DNA of 64,000 nucleotides from Bdellovibrionales bacterium (GCA_965261545.1 CBDHDF010000002.1:288001-352000); one strand, 5' to 3'. Counted from the stretch's first letter, positions 47,991 through 58,538 are shown. Notes: a model not told the origin generated them from the letters alone. Made by a program: numbers and translations.

Positions 47991-49961
47991 TCAGCTACGA
48001 CGCTCAAATATTCTCATTCTCAGTGAATCAATAGGTTTTATTTCCCTATAATTTGACCAAGCTTCTTTAAACTTTGGGTCTTCTAAGTAGAAATCCAATA
48101 TATCCGAAGATCTTTGAGGAACTGCAACTATCACAGGTCTTTTAGCTATTTCTATCATAACTTGTTCACGCTCTACCTTCTCAAGTTCATCCAATATTAC
48201 CTGCATTTCTATTGTTCGTTTTTTAGAGCGCAACTTCTTAATTGCACGAAGGTGTCTCTTCGTTAAGTCGATTCCTGCCCATTGAGGTTTGGCATAAATT
48301 GCGTGAAATTTTGGCAAAACATAATAACTCAAAATGAGAAATGATTCATCCGAACCATAGTTGTTGAGAAAGCTAATAAATCGATCCGTTGCGGATCGTT
48401 CTTTTTGCTCCCCCCATGGTTTTTTATTAAAGTTATACCAATACCTTGTCTTCTCTAAATGAAAGGCCATGAGAAAAACTAAAACAGTCGTTGCTATATA
48501 AATTGGTTTAGAAATTTTACTCCAACCTAAGCTCCGGCTACGACCAATGCCCTCCACAATCAGAACAGCCAACGCCATAGTGGCAAGTGCATGCACTGGA
48601 AATCTATGGTAGGGAAATCCCTTTTTTTGTATAAGGTAAGAGATGATAAATCCAAAACCTGAAGCTATTAAAAAATATGAAATTCGTGTCACACACAAGC
48701 GTGAGTACAGAATGGCTGATATAGGGATACCTATAATGCTAATTCCAGCTAGTGTAATCAGGGGTAAATACTCTTCTACTTCGTAAGCCCAATAACTTTT
48801 TAGAACTAGAGGAACAACCTCAAATAAATAAACTCTCTCAAAAGTGAGGAGAATAACTCCATAAGCTATCATTGTCATAACACCAGCGATAAATTCAGGA
48901 CGTCGAAGATAGATCCATCGCCTAGACAGGGTCAGCACAGTTAATTCAACAGCCAATGGAACTCCAAGGAAATAGGGTTTAAGTGCTATACCAATGCCCG
49001 CTATAATACCCACAAGAAGAGACTCCATTTTCATCGTTTTGAATCCATTTAAACGAATCATAGCCGTAATGATATAGGGTAAACTTAAAAGAACTGCAAT
49101 ATATTCTCTCTGTCCCATATTTCCGTTACTGGCTATTAAGAAAACGTAGAATCCTACTAGCACAAGAGCATTGATACTTAGGGATGCTTGCATAGTAACA
49201 GATGCTCGCCTCATCAAGGATAAAACCCATAGTAAAATGAGGGTTGTTACTAGAATCCAGAATGCCTGAAAGACAGTGGCCATGTGAATTCCTGTGATTT
49301 GTGATAAAAAAACAACAGGATACGACAGGTACCAAATTAAGGGAGGATTGTTGTCAATGACATCTTGACCAAAAATGGCCCCCTCCATCAGTCGTTTTGC
49401 AGAATAGGTAATCCAAGCCATATCAGCATATAAATAGCTTCTTAGGTGAAGAAAGAAACCAAGTAATACAATAGCTACTATGGCCATGCTTATAAGCCAC
49501 CTCTTGTGAGGCTGTTTTAATGTCAGAAATTTCATTATAATAAGAATCATAGCAAAAGTCGGGGTTATAAATATCCCTACGCAAGCAATGAAACCAAACA
49601 AAAGAAGTTCATTTCTCTCCAGATCTATTCCTGCTGATTGGGATACAATCATAAATATATATGGTAGAATAAATAGAATAGATAAATAGTTTCCTGCGCT
49701 GAGATACGAATCACTAGATTTAAAGAATATATAACTAGCACCCAACAAAAGAAGACTTGAAGCCATAGATCTTAGATTCCATAGATAGCCTTTATCTGAG
49801 ATCACTAAGAAAGATATCCAAGCAAGAATTGCTGGTAACCACACTATGTAATAATTATTACTATTTGCCGTAGAAAGAATACCCCAAGTAATTATAGACA
49901 TTATAGAAAGTATTGACCATGGGTGAGAAATCATTTTGTTTATGTCATTAGGTAACTTCAA
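47991..49961 (-). CDS. Integral membrane protein, GT-C-like (Gtr/ArnT-type) glycosyltransferase candidate
   Basis: Many TMs; YADMAW, DVIDNNPPLIWYL, GQREY and LKPYF motifs; adjacent to a GtrB-like gene. Confidence 0.6.
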   Translation of the reverse strand: MKLPNDINKMISHPWSILSIMSIITWGILSTANSNNYYIVWLPAILAWISFLVISDKGYLWNLRSMASSLLLLGASYIFFKSSDSYLSAGNYLSILFILPYIFMIVSQSAGIDLERNELLLFGFIACVGIFITPTFAMILIIMKFLTLKQPHKRWLISMAIVAIVLLGFFLHLRSYLYADMAWITYSAKRLMEGAIFGQDVIDNNPPLIWYLSYPVVFLSQITGIHMATVFQAFWILVTTLILLWVLSLMRRASVTMQASLSINALVLVGFYVFLIASNGNMGQREYIAVLLSLPYIITAMIRLNGFKTMKMESLLVGIIAGIGIALKPYFLGVPLAVELTVLTLSRRWIYLRRPEFIAGVMTMIAYGVILLTFERVYLFEVVPLVLKSYWAYEVEEYLPLITLAGISIIGIPISAILYSRLCVTRISYFLIASGFGFIISYLIQKKGFPYHRFPVHALATMALAVLIVEGIGRSRSLGWSKISKPIYIATTVLVFLMAFHLEKTRYWYNFNKKPWGEQKERSATDRFISFLNNYGSDESFLILSYYVLPKFHAIYAKPQWAGIDLTKRHLRAIKKLRSKKRTIEMQVILDELEKVEREQVMIEIAKRPVIVAVPQRSSDILDFYLEDPKFKEAWSNYREIKPIDSLRMRIFERRS

Positions 49962-50379
49962 GCTTCATACTTCCCAGTAATATAGGGTTCATTTACATAA
50001 TGTCACTTTTCTGGGTCATGGCTAGGATGATTCATCTGGTTGATTGAGCTAAATAGACTTAACAGATTTATCAGTTTTATCTCTTGCACATTCCCATTTG
50101 CTCACCTCTGCCCCGACCTTGAAGATCAGTTCAGGTTTGTCATCTTTTGTGTTGATTTCTTTATTCATTATACATTCTTTTACCTTGGCTATGGAAGAAA
50201 TTTCTAATATGATGTCTAAACATTCATCACAAATAAGGTACGGAGGGGCGACAAAATTACTTGATAGTTACAGTTCTTGATAAAATCTATACAAAAGTCT
50301 GGCAATACTAATAATAGTCCTTTACGCTACCACAAGCGACAAAATTAAACTATGATAAAAAAACCTTTCAAGGAGTCAC

Positions 50380-51384
50380 ATGAGGGGAGATATAAAAGAA
50401 TCAATTGCAACTCCATTTTTAATGAAATCCGATGGTGTGTATCTATCTTTCGTTATTCCTGCATTTAATGAGGAAGATAACATTAAGGAGGTTATTTCAC
50501 AAATAGGTTTAGAAATGGCTTCCCATAAAGATAAGATATCTTTTGAGATATTAGTTATAGATGATGGAAGTGCAGATAATACTTTTAAAAATGCCATTAA
50601 TATGGGAGAAAATTTTCCTGTTCGAGTGATAAAATTATCACGTAATTTTGGCAAAGAGCAAGCTATCACAGCAGGACTAGAGCGAAGTCGGGGCTCTGCT
50701 GTTGTTCTTTTAGATGCTGATTTGCAAGAACCTATATCTTATCTGTCAGAATTCTTAAGATATTACGAAGATGATTATGATGTGGTTTATGCTGTAAGAA
50801 ATCACCGACGAGATGAATCGCCTTTAAAGCGTATCTTAGTTAAGGTTTTCTATTGGCTCTTGTCTTTGTCCTACGGCAACAAGGTACTTATTCCACCAGA
50901 TGCTCGTGATTTTCGCATTATGGATAGACGTGTTGTGAATGCACTTATTCAACTCCCTGAACGTAATCGATTTATGAAAGGTCTCTATGCTTGGGTTGGG
51001 TTCCGCTCGAAAGCTGTTCCAGTGGAACTGAAGGAGCGTGCGAATGGAGTGTCCAAATTTGGATTGATGAATTATATATATTTAGCGGTGACTGGGATCA
51101 CATCATTTACAACTTGGCCATTAAATCTTTGGATAATCGTAGGATTTCTATTTACATCTTTATCTTTTATTTACGGAATCTGGATTATTATTCAGGAAGT
51201 TCTGTGGGGGATTGAAGGATCTGCATTTATTGCTCTAACTATTTTGATATTTTTTATGGGAGGTGTGCAAATCCTATCAATCGGTATTATAGGAAAGTAC
51301 TTAGCTTGTGTTTATACTGAAGTTAAGGGTCGACCCAATTTCATTATCTCTGAGGATTCGAGTCATACATATTTGAATTCTTAG
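50380..51384 (+). CDS. GT2 bactoprenol glycosyltransferase, GtrB-like
   Basis: VIPAFNEE, IDDGSAD, LSRNFGKE, LDADLQ, DFRIMDR, ERNRFMKGL, EVKGRP motifs; two C-terminal TMs. Confidence 0.9.
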   Translation: MRGDIKESIATPFLMKSDGVYLSFVIPAFNEEDNIKEVISQIGLEMASHKDKISFEILVIDDGSADNTFKNAINMGENFPVRVIKLSRNFGKEQAITAGLERSRGSAVVLLDADLQEPISYLSEFLRYYEDDYDVVYAVRNHRRDESPLKRILVKVFYWLLSLSYGNKVLIPPDARDFRIMDRRVVNALIQLPERNRFMKGLYAWVGFRSKAVPVELKERANGVSKFGLMNYIYLAVTGITSFTTWPLNLWIIVGFLFTSLSFIYGIWIIIQEVLWGIEGSAFIALTILIFFMGGVQILSIGIIGKYLACVYTEVKGRPNFIISEDSSHTYLNS

Positions 51385-51436
51385 ATGAGTTGGTTTACCC
51401 GAATAGAGCATTCGTAAGGAGTGGGACAGTGGGACT

Positions 51437-53968
51437 ATGAAAAAACAGAGATTTCTCTTCTATACAGGGCTTTTCATCACAACTTCCTCTATATTGATGC
51501 TTCAACTCCTTCAGACACGAATACTCTCTGCTGTTACTTGGTACCACTTGGCTTTTCTATCCATTAGTACGGCTATGCTAGGAATGACGGTGGGCAGCAT
51601 TTATGTTTATCTAAAACCAGAAAAATTTATGAAAGAACAATTCTTTCAAAATTTAGCATGGTATTCTATAGCTTCAGCTTTGACAATAGTTTTTGCTTTT
51701 GCTATCCAAATAATTCTCCTTCCTTCTATAAACAGTAGTGGAATCTTAGGAGTTTTAACTTGGGTTCAAATAGTTTTCTTTATGACCATCCCCTTTTTCT
51801 TTTCAGGCATTGTAGTGGCTTTAGCCTTAACTCGAAGTCCTTTTCCATGGGGGCAGGTTTATGCTGTGGATTTACTGGGAGCTGCGAGTGGGGCTATATT
51901 TGTCATTGGTTTATTAAATCACTTTAGTGGACCTCAATCTATTTTGTGGACTGCTACTTTCATGGTTTTAGCAGGCTTATTTTTTACATGGGCTCATTCC
52001 GGGGCTCAAGTCATAAAAGTAAAAGAAGAGAATGTAGAGAATGCAGAAAATCAGAAAGCTAGATCAAGAATTTCCTTGTTGTGGTTTAAAAGTTCATGGC
52101 AATTTTTTGTTCTTGTAGTTGTCTTCGCTCTACTTGGAATATGGGGAGAATATTTTTTTTCTCTCAACTCGGTAAAAGGTGACAGTTCTACATCACAAAG
52201 TCTTTGGCGTGACAAATGGAACTCTTACTCTCGTATCACAGCAGCTCCTCCGATAATTGCAACTCCTCGACTTTGGGGACCTTCGCCTAAATTTGACAAA
52301 AGTCAGTGGAAACTTCCTTTGAGTGATTTACTTATTGATGGGCTCGCTGCTACAGAGCTTTTGGGCCTTAAAGGAAATATCAATCAGGCTGAGTTTTTGC
52401 GCTACGATGTTACCAATCTGGCTTACCACCTGCCATCTCGGGACAAGGTTGCGATCATAGGCGTTGGAGGAGGACGTGATATTTACAGTGCTCTACTTTT
52501 TGAAGCGAAGAGTATTACAGGTATCGAAGTTAACCCAACTTTTATTGATTTTCAACTTGTTGATGATGAAATAAGTTCCTTTGTTGGGTTGAAACAATTT
52601 TCTAATGTGAATCTTATTGTCGATGAAGCTCGTAGTTGGTTTGCTCGTAGTGAAGATCGGTTTGATCTTATTCAAATGAGTCTTATTGACACTTGGGCTG
52701 CTACGGGGGCTGGAGCCTTTAGTTTGACGGAAAATGGGCTTTACACTACTGATGGATGGAAAATCTTTCTTCAAAGTTTAAGTGATGATGGAGTCTTTAC
52801 TGTAAGTCGTTGGTATTATCCCCAAAATAGTGATTTTGTAGATGGAGGACGTATAGTGAGTCTAGCCATGTCGACACTTTTCGAAATGGGTATTAAGAAA
52901 CCTAGAGATCACATTTATTTAGCCACAAGTGGGATTATTTCAACGATTGTTGTTTCGTTGTCTGGTTTTTCAGAGGAAGACTTACAAAGTTTGGATAAGG
53001 CTGCTGAGGAATTGGAGTTTGTGACTCATCTCCGGCCAAACAAGGAAATACAACATGCAGATCCATATCTCAAGGAGATGATCCAGGTTAAAGATATGAG
53101 TTCACTCAAAGAGTATTTACAAAAATCTATTTGGGATTTAACTCCACCTGATGACAATCGTCCTTTTTTCTTTAATCAACTTCCCTATTCTTCTTTAACG
53201 AATCTATTGATGGTGTTGACTGAAAGTCATAAGGGCTTAGTCTCAGGTAATATTAAAGCCACAAGAACTCTTTTATTGTTATTTTTTATCTCACTTCTAT
53301 TTGTTATTTTAACTGTTATTTTTCCCCTTCTACGTGGTTTACGTGGAGTGAGTCCTCTTTTGGCTGTGGGTGGAAGTGCATATTTTATGTTTATTGGTAT
53401 TGGTTTTATGTTAGTTGAGATAGCTTTTCTGCAACATTTTAGTATTTTCTTAGGACACCCAGTTTACTCTCTTTCTGTTGTTCTCTTTTCTCTCATTTTG
53501 TCAACTGGAGTGGGTAGTTTTCTTTCAGACAAGATATCTTTGGATAGTAGTCTTTCCTTTGTGATTTGGTCGCTTCTTATTAGTGGATATCTCTTATCCC
53601 AATCTTTGTGGTTGCCCCATCTACTTGCAGAAAATGAGAGTGCTACTCTCATCATTCGTGTGAGTCTTACAGTATTGATTCTCTTGCCAGCAGGTATTCT
53701 GATGGGCTTTGGTTTTCCTACAGGCATGAAGCTTGTAGAACCCATTGATAGCAAATCCACCCCTTGGTTTTGGGGGATAAATGGAGCTTCTGGCACCTTG
53801 GCCGCAAGTGTGGCTGTTCTTTGCAGTATTTCACTGGGCATTACAACTACGATGAGGTTAGGTGGAATTTGTTACCTATTTCTTATACCTGCTATGTTCA
53901 TTATTCGAAAGTCATCTGAGGGTAGTCATATAGATCGTAACAAAAAAATAGTTACAAAATTTTCATGA
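51437..53968 (+). CDS. Membrane spermidine-synthase-like SAM-dependent protein (TM - SAM domain - TM)
   Basis: YAVDLLGA, IIGVGGGRD, GIEVNP, DEARSW, DLIQMSLIDTWAA, PPDDNRPFF, WGING motifs. Confidence 0.82.
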   Translation: MKKQRFLFYTGLFITTSSILMLQLLQTRILSAVTWYHLAFLSISTAMLGMTVGSIYVYLKPEKFMKEQFFQNLAWYSIASALTIVFAFAIQIILLPSINSSGILGVLTWVQIVFFMTIPFFFSGIVVALALTRSPFPWGQVYAVDLLGAASGAIFVIGLLNHFSGPQSILWTATFMVLAGLFFTWAHSGAQVIKVKEENVENAENQKARSRISLLWFKSSWQFFVLVVVFALLGIWGEYFFSLNSVKGDSSTSQSLWRDKWNSYSRITAAPPIIATPRLWGPSPKFDKSQWKLPLSDLLIDGLAATELLGLKGNINQAEFLRYDVTNLAYHLPSRDKVAIIGVGGGRDIYSALLFEAKSITGIEVNPTFIDFQLVDDEISSFVGLKQFSNVNLIVDEARSWFARSEDRFDLIQMSLIDTWAATGAGAFSLTENGLYTTDGWKIFLQSLSDDGVFTVSRWYYPQNSDFVDGGRIVSLAMSTLFEMGIKKPRDHIYLATSGIISTIVVSLSGFSEEDLQSLDKAAEELEFVTHLRPNKEIQHADPYLKEMIQVKDMSSLKEYLQKSIWDLTPPDDNRPFFFNQLPYSSLTNLLMVLTESHKGLVSGNIKATRTLLLLFFISLLFVILTVIFPLLRGLRGVSPLLAVGGSAYFMFIGIGFMLVEIAFLQHFSIFLGHPVYSLSVVLFSLILSTGVGSFLSDKISLDSSLSFVIWSLLISGYLLSQSLWLPHLLAENESATLIIRVSLTVLILLPAGILMGFGFPTGMKLVEPIDSKSTPWFWGINGASGTLAASVAVLCSISLGITTTMRLGGICYLFLIPAMFIIRKSSEGSHIDRNKKIVTKFS

Positions 53969-54378
53969 TTTACCAATGAAATAAGAGCGACGGTGGGGCA
54001 TTTTAATTGTCAGCTAACATTTATTCAAAAAGCCATGGAAAATTTGCCCCCCATTGAGAAAAAAAGGTGGTCTTGCCCGTGGCCAATATGATAGACAGAA
54101 AAAGTCATGTAGGGGGCCAGACACCTTCTTGGCTGATTGGCTCATTTAGTTTTACAATCTGATCCCTTCAAAAGATAACACCACACCTCCTTACCTCCTT
54201 AGGAATTTGCGGAGATGGTGGGGGTGGTGGGTATGGGAGCGATTCTTGCATATGTGCTTGTGAGGAGATATAAGTTTTATTGAGGCCCTAAAATGGCCGA
54301 TTTTAATCCATTCACTGTTCATTTGATCATTTGATCATTTGATCATTCGAATGAAGGCGATGAATGAAGGAGGCGTCA

Positions 54379-55161
54379 ATGCCAGATAGTGCTAAGAAAG
54401 TAGGTCCTGAAGTTGTGTGGAAGCTTATGGAGAAGGTCGCAAAATCCCAAGAAGAGACAGACCGTCATTTTAAAGAGATGTCCAAGGAGGCTGATCTCCA
54501 ACGGCAGGAGGCCGATCTCCAAAGGAAGGAGACAGACCATCACTTCAAAAAGATGTCCAAGGAGGCCGATCTCCAAAGGAAGGAGACAGACCGTCATTTT
54601 AAAGAGATGTCCAAGGAGGCCAAACTTCAAAGGGAGGAAGCCAAACTTCAAAGAAAGGAGACAGATCGTTATTTGAAAGAAATATCCAAAAAGGCAGATA
54701 TTCGCCATGCCCACTTGGAAAAAAGAACAAGAGAACTCAATGAATTGTTTACGGGTCCATGGGGAAAACTGATAGAAAGTCTTGTTAAAGGTGACTTGGT
54801 AAGGCTTCTCAATGAAAGAAATATCCAAGTGATGGGGCTTGCCCAGGAAAGTTTTCGCAGGCGGAATGGAGAAGAATACGAGGTTGATATCATTGCAGTC
54901 AATGGGCGGGAGGTTGTTGTTGTGGAAGTAAAAACCACTTTAAAGCTGAAGCACCTTGACCATTTTATAGAAAAGCTCGGCATGTTTAAAGATATTTTTC
55001 CAGAGTACAAAGACAAGATAGTTTATGGAGCCATAGCTTATTTGAAGGCTGATGAAGGGTCTCATCACAGGGCTGAAAAAGAAGGTCTTTTTGTGATCCG
55101 AGCCACGGGGAATAGTGCGACCCTTACGAATAAGAAAAAGTTTTCCCCCAAGGTGTTTTAG
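54379..55161 (+). CDS. DUF3782-like PD-(D/E)XK nuclease-fold protein with modular coiled coil, copy 1
   Basis: WGKLIESLV, EVDIIAVNG..VVVVEVKTTL, FPEY, YGAIAY motifs; GGAGG RBS favours ATG 54379 over 54364. Confidence 0.8.
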   Translation: MPDSAKKVGPEVVWKLMEKVAKSQEETDRHFKEMSKEADLQRQEADLQRKETDHHFKKMSKEADLQRKETDRHFKEMSKEAKLQREEAKLQRKETDRYLKEISKKADIRHAHLEKRTRELNELFTGPWGKLIESLVKGDLVRLLNERNIQVMGLAQESFRRRNGEEYEVDIIAVNGREVVVVEVKTTLKLKHLDHFIEKLGMFKDIFPEYKDKIVYGAIAYLKADEGSHHRAEKEGLFVIRATGNSATLTNKKKFSPKVF

Positions 55162-55187
55162 AGGTATTTGGGTGTTCTTAAGGCACT

Positions 55188-55291
55188 GTACCTATTCAAG
55201 GGGGCAGGGAGTTTACAGAGAGAGATTTATATTTTCTCTGGTAAGAAGGAGCAATTTACCTCTTGAACTCTGCGACCCCCATGAATGTTGC
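55188..55291. mobile_element. ~104-bp GTAAC-type MITE (reverse copy of 5328-5431)
   Basis: Sequence similarity to 5328-5431; TIR GTACCTATTCAAGGGGG / CCCCCATGAATGTTGC. Confidence 0.7.
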
Positions 55292-55344
55292 TCATGAGCA
55301 GCTTGCCTTTTTGGGTTCGTCGTTGTGTCGGAAAAGAGTTGTTC

Positions 55345-56319
55345 TCAGGATTTTGTGTTTTTGACTTTTTTACGCAGCTTTTCCACGTCTTTGGAAGTGA
55401 GTCTAGTACATAGACAAATCGCTTCTACCTCAAAGCCATTTTGAATCATTCGTAATGCCATCTCTTCACGACCCTCTTCGCGACCCTCTTCACGACCCTT
55501 TTCAAGACCCTTCTTAAGGCCCTTTTCCTCAGCTTCATCCAAAGAACATTGCAATGCTGACATAACTCTTTGATCCTCCTCGATACTTTCTTTTTCAATC
55601 TTACTGAGCACACTTAGCGTGAAATTTGAATCGTTTCGGTGGATATAATCCACCGCCTTTTGAATAAGGAACTTTTGATCCTTCTCACCCAAGTTTGTAC
55701 CCATCTGAAACAACTCCACAATGGTCTCATGGCGAAGCTTCCAGATACTACTCATTATAAGCAAAATCGGCCTAGAAAGCAAATTCCTGCCAACTCCATG
55801 GTAAAGGTTTATATCATGGATATTCAACAACTTACAACGAAAATTGAGGATATTCTTCCCAAATTTTTGTCTTAAAACGGGAGTGAGCCCATCCAGAGAA
55901 TCTTGAAAATTCAGGGGACCTCTCCAGTGTTTTTGTCGTCCGTGATAGACCAGTATGGGAATGACTGGGTAATTCCAACGATTGTAAACAAGAGTCTGGT
56001 ACCTCAGAATCTGCTGGAGTACTTGAGAATCCTGATGACTTTTGTGTTCGAGCAGAAAAAAAAGACGCACTCGTTTTTTGGACCCCTTGACTTGAACTGA
56101 GAATAAAAGGTCAATACGCCGCTCATTGCCCTCTTCATCTGTAAAGACAGTTATTTCTGGTTTGAGAGTTTTCCAGTTAAAGAGCTTAAACTCCTGTGTC
56201 GTCAAGACAAGACGGAAAATGTCTAGGCAATATCTCTCATTCAGGAAAGTTTCATTGAATAGAGCATTATGGGCCTGAGACTGTTGTTTTCTTTTTTCTG
56301 AGGTTTTCTTTGGCAACAA
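55345..56319 (-). CDS. Rpn-family nuclease, second locus, GLEK/GREE repeats
   Basis: 324 aa; highly similar to array-1 copies but with a different repeat type. Confidence 0.9.
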   Translation of the reverse strand: MLPKKTSEKRKQQSQAHNALFNETFLNERYCLDIFRLVLTTQEFKLFNWKTLKPEITVFTDEEGNERRIDLLFSVQVKGSKKRVRLFFLLEHKSHQDSQVLQQILRYQTLVYNRWNYPVIPILVYHGRQKHWRGPLNFQDSLDGLTPVLRQKFGKNILNFRCKLLNIHDINLYHGVGRNLLSRPILLIMSSIWKLRHETIVELFQMGTNLGEKDQKFLIQKAVDYIHRNDSNFTLSVLSKIEKESIEEDQRVMSALQCSLDEAEEKGLKKGLEKGREEGREEGREEMALRMIQNGFEVEAICLCTRLTSKDVEKLRKKVKNTKS

Positions 56320-56622
56320 TGTCAGTCTTTCAAGTGAAGAGGGTTTAAGATGGGGTGGTTTAAGAAGATTATGGACAAGTGTATGAGTATGAGCAAGTGA
56401 GCGGAGTTATCTGTTCATAAATCATCAAGACAAGATAAAAGGGGGTGGGTTCTCCGGTCAAGTCAGATCAAGTCAGAAAGTGGATTGGGGATGGTACCTC
56501 TAGTGAAATTACATCCCATGATGACAGCGATATCACTCATACCTAGCCGATTCAGGAGACCATACCGTCATTATTTCGGGGGAGCTTGAGGCTTGGTATT
56601 TCAACAACAACATAGAAAAAGT

Positions 56623-56713
56623 GTGAGTTCTGACTGGATATAAAATTTACTTGCAAGGCACTGTCGAGGCTCATGCCCTTTTACCTATATTTTTATATCC
56701 AGTCAGAACTCAC
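56623..56713. mobile_element. 91-bp MITE
   Basis: Perfect 23-bp TIR GTGAGTTCTGACTGGATATAAAA; 8-bp TSD GAAAAAGT. Confidence 0.85.
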
Positions 56714-57397
56714 GAAAAAGTTTCAGATTTGAATTTTTACAAGATTTATAATTCCCGTGAGGTGGATGTGATTATCAAGACCAACTCCTCTTTCGTCCAT
56801 GAGATTTTCCACCCCACTCTCAATAAAGAAGCTTATGGAGCCTTTTACAGTGAGGAGTCTGTGAATACAGCGAATTTACTGAGCCCTTTATACAGGAGAG
56901 CGCTCCGCTTGAAGAGTTATGGGAACGACAAGGACTATAAGAGCCAAAAGAACAGAAAGAAAAGACTGGAGGAGATTCTAAAAAAGGCGTCTTGTGATGA
57001 GAAAACAAAGTACCGCCATTTTCCATGTGCCTTCTTGGTCAAAAAATATAAGTCGGCCCTTAAGAATATAAATAGCTCTGTGGTCCGAAAGCGTCTGCAG
57101 TCTTATTCCATTTTGAGAGATGAGGGACTGATTCCCAAGGATATCAGCTTTATTCAAAAGGCCATGGAAAATTTGCCCCCCATTGAGAAGAAGAAAGCGG
57201 TTTTGCCCGTGGCCAATATGGTTGTCATGGAGCTTGTCAAAGAGGGGGAGTTTGACCTTGCCAAGACTTGGATCCACAAGCTTGAATCTGAGGGTTTTCT
57301 CACGCCCGATGAGTCCCAAGGAATCATCAAAGGACTGGAGCAGAATATCCAAAAGATTCAAGAGGTTCGGGAGATGATGGCTGCTTCGCCCGTATGA
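56714..57397 (+). pseudogene. Duplicated 3' domain of the 43889-46885 gene
   Basis: VSDLNFYKIYN...EMMAAS is near-identical to ~46205-46880; the ORF-track start (56651) lies inside the MITE. Confidence 0.8.
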
Positions 57398-57413
57398 TAA
57401 CCCTTCTTGGGGT

Positions 57414-57461
57414 GTAATTCATGGGGGCGCCTTGCTCCCCACCCACGCCCATGAATGTTAC
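57414..57461. repeat. Short GTAAC-type palindromic element (also at ~62180-62235 and reversed at ~1190-1235)
   Basis: GTAATTCATGGGGGCG...CGCCCATGAATGTTAC flanked by CTTGGGG(T/C). Confidence 0.6.
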
Positions 57462-57767
57462 CTTGGGGCATTGGGGACTTCGGGGGTGGCCCATTCAATC
57501 GAAATAGACAGAGAAAGTCATGTAGGGGGCCATACACCTTCTTGGCTGATTGGCTCATTCAGTTTTACAATCTGATCCCTTCAAAAGATAACACCACACC
57601 TCCTTAGGAATTTGTGGAGATGGTGGGGGTGGTGGGTATGGGAGCGATTCTTGCATATGTGCTTGTGAGGAGATATAAGTTTTATTGAGGCCCTAAAATG
57701 GCCGATTTTAATCCATTCACTGTTCATTTGATCATTCGAATGAAGGCGATGAATGAAGGAGGCGTCA

Positions 57768-58496
57768 ATGCCAGATAGTGCTAAGAAAGTAGGTCCTGAA
57801 GTTGTGTGGAAGCTTATGGAGAAGGTCGCAAAATCCCAAGAAGAGACAGACCGTCATTTTAAAGAGATGTCCAAGGAGGCTGATCTCCAAAGGAAGGAGG
57901 CCGATCTCCAAAGGAAGGAGACAGACCGTCATTTTAAAGAGATGTCCAAGGAGGCCGAACTTCAAAGGGAGGAAGCCAAACTTCAAAGAAAGGAGACAGA
58001 TCGTTATTTGAAAGAAATATCCAAAAAGGCAGATATTCGCCATGCCCACTTGGAAAAAAGAACAAGAGAACTCAATGAATTGTTTACGGGGCAATGGGGA
58101 AAACTGATAGAAAGTCTTGTTAAAGGTGACTTGGTAAGGCTTCTCAATGAAAGAAATATCCAAGTCATAGGGCTTGCTCAGGAAAGTTTTCGCAGGCGGA
58201 ATGGAGAAGAATACGAGGTTGATATCATTGCAGTCAATGGGCGGGAGGTTGTTGTTGTGGAAGTAAAAACCACTTTAAAGCTGAAGCACCTTGACCATTT
58301 TATAGACAAGCTTGGCATGTTTAAAGATATTTTTCCAGAGTACAAAGACAAGATAGTTTATGGAGCCATAGCTTATTTGAAGGCTGATGAAGGGTCTCAT
58401 CACAGGGCTGAAAAAGAAGGTCTTTTTGTGATCCGAGCCACGGGGAATAGTGCGACCCTTACGAATAAGAAAAAGTTTTCCCCCAAGGTGTTTTAG
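57768..58496 (+). CDS. DUF3782-like nuclease, copy 2 (18 aa shorter coil)
   Basis: Same motifs as copy 1. Confidence 0.8.
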   Translation: MPDSAKKVGPEVVWKLMEKVAKSQEETDRHFKEMSKEADLQRKEADLQRKETDRHFKEMSKEAELQREEAKLQRKETDRYLKEISKKADIRHAHLEKRTRELNELFTGQWGKLIESLVKGDLVRLLNERNIQVIGLAQESFRRRNGEEYEVDIIAVNGREVVVVEVKTTLKLKHLDHFIDKLGMFKDIFPEYKDKIVYGAIAYLKADEGSHHRAEKEGLFVIRATGNSATLTNKKKFSPKVF

Positions 58497-58538
58497 AGGT
58501 ATTTGGGTGTTCTTAAGGCACTGTACCTATTCAAGGGG

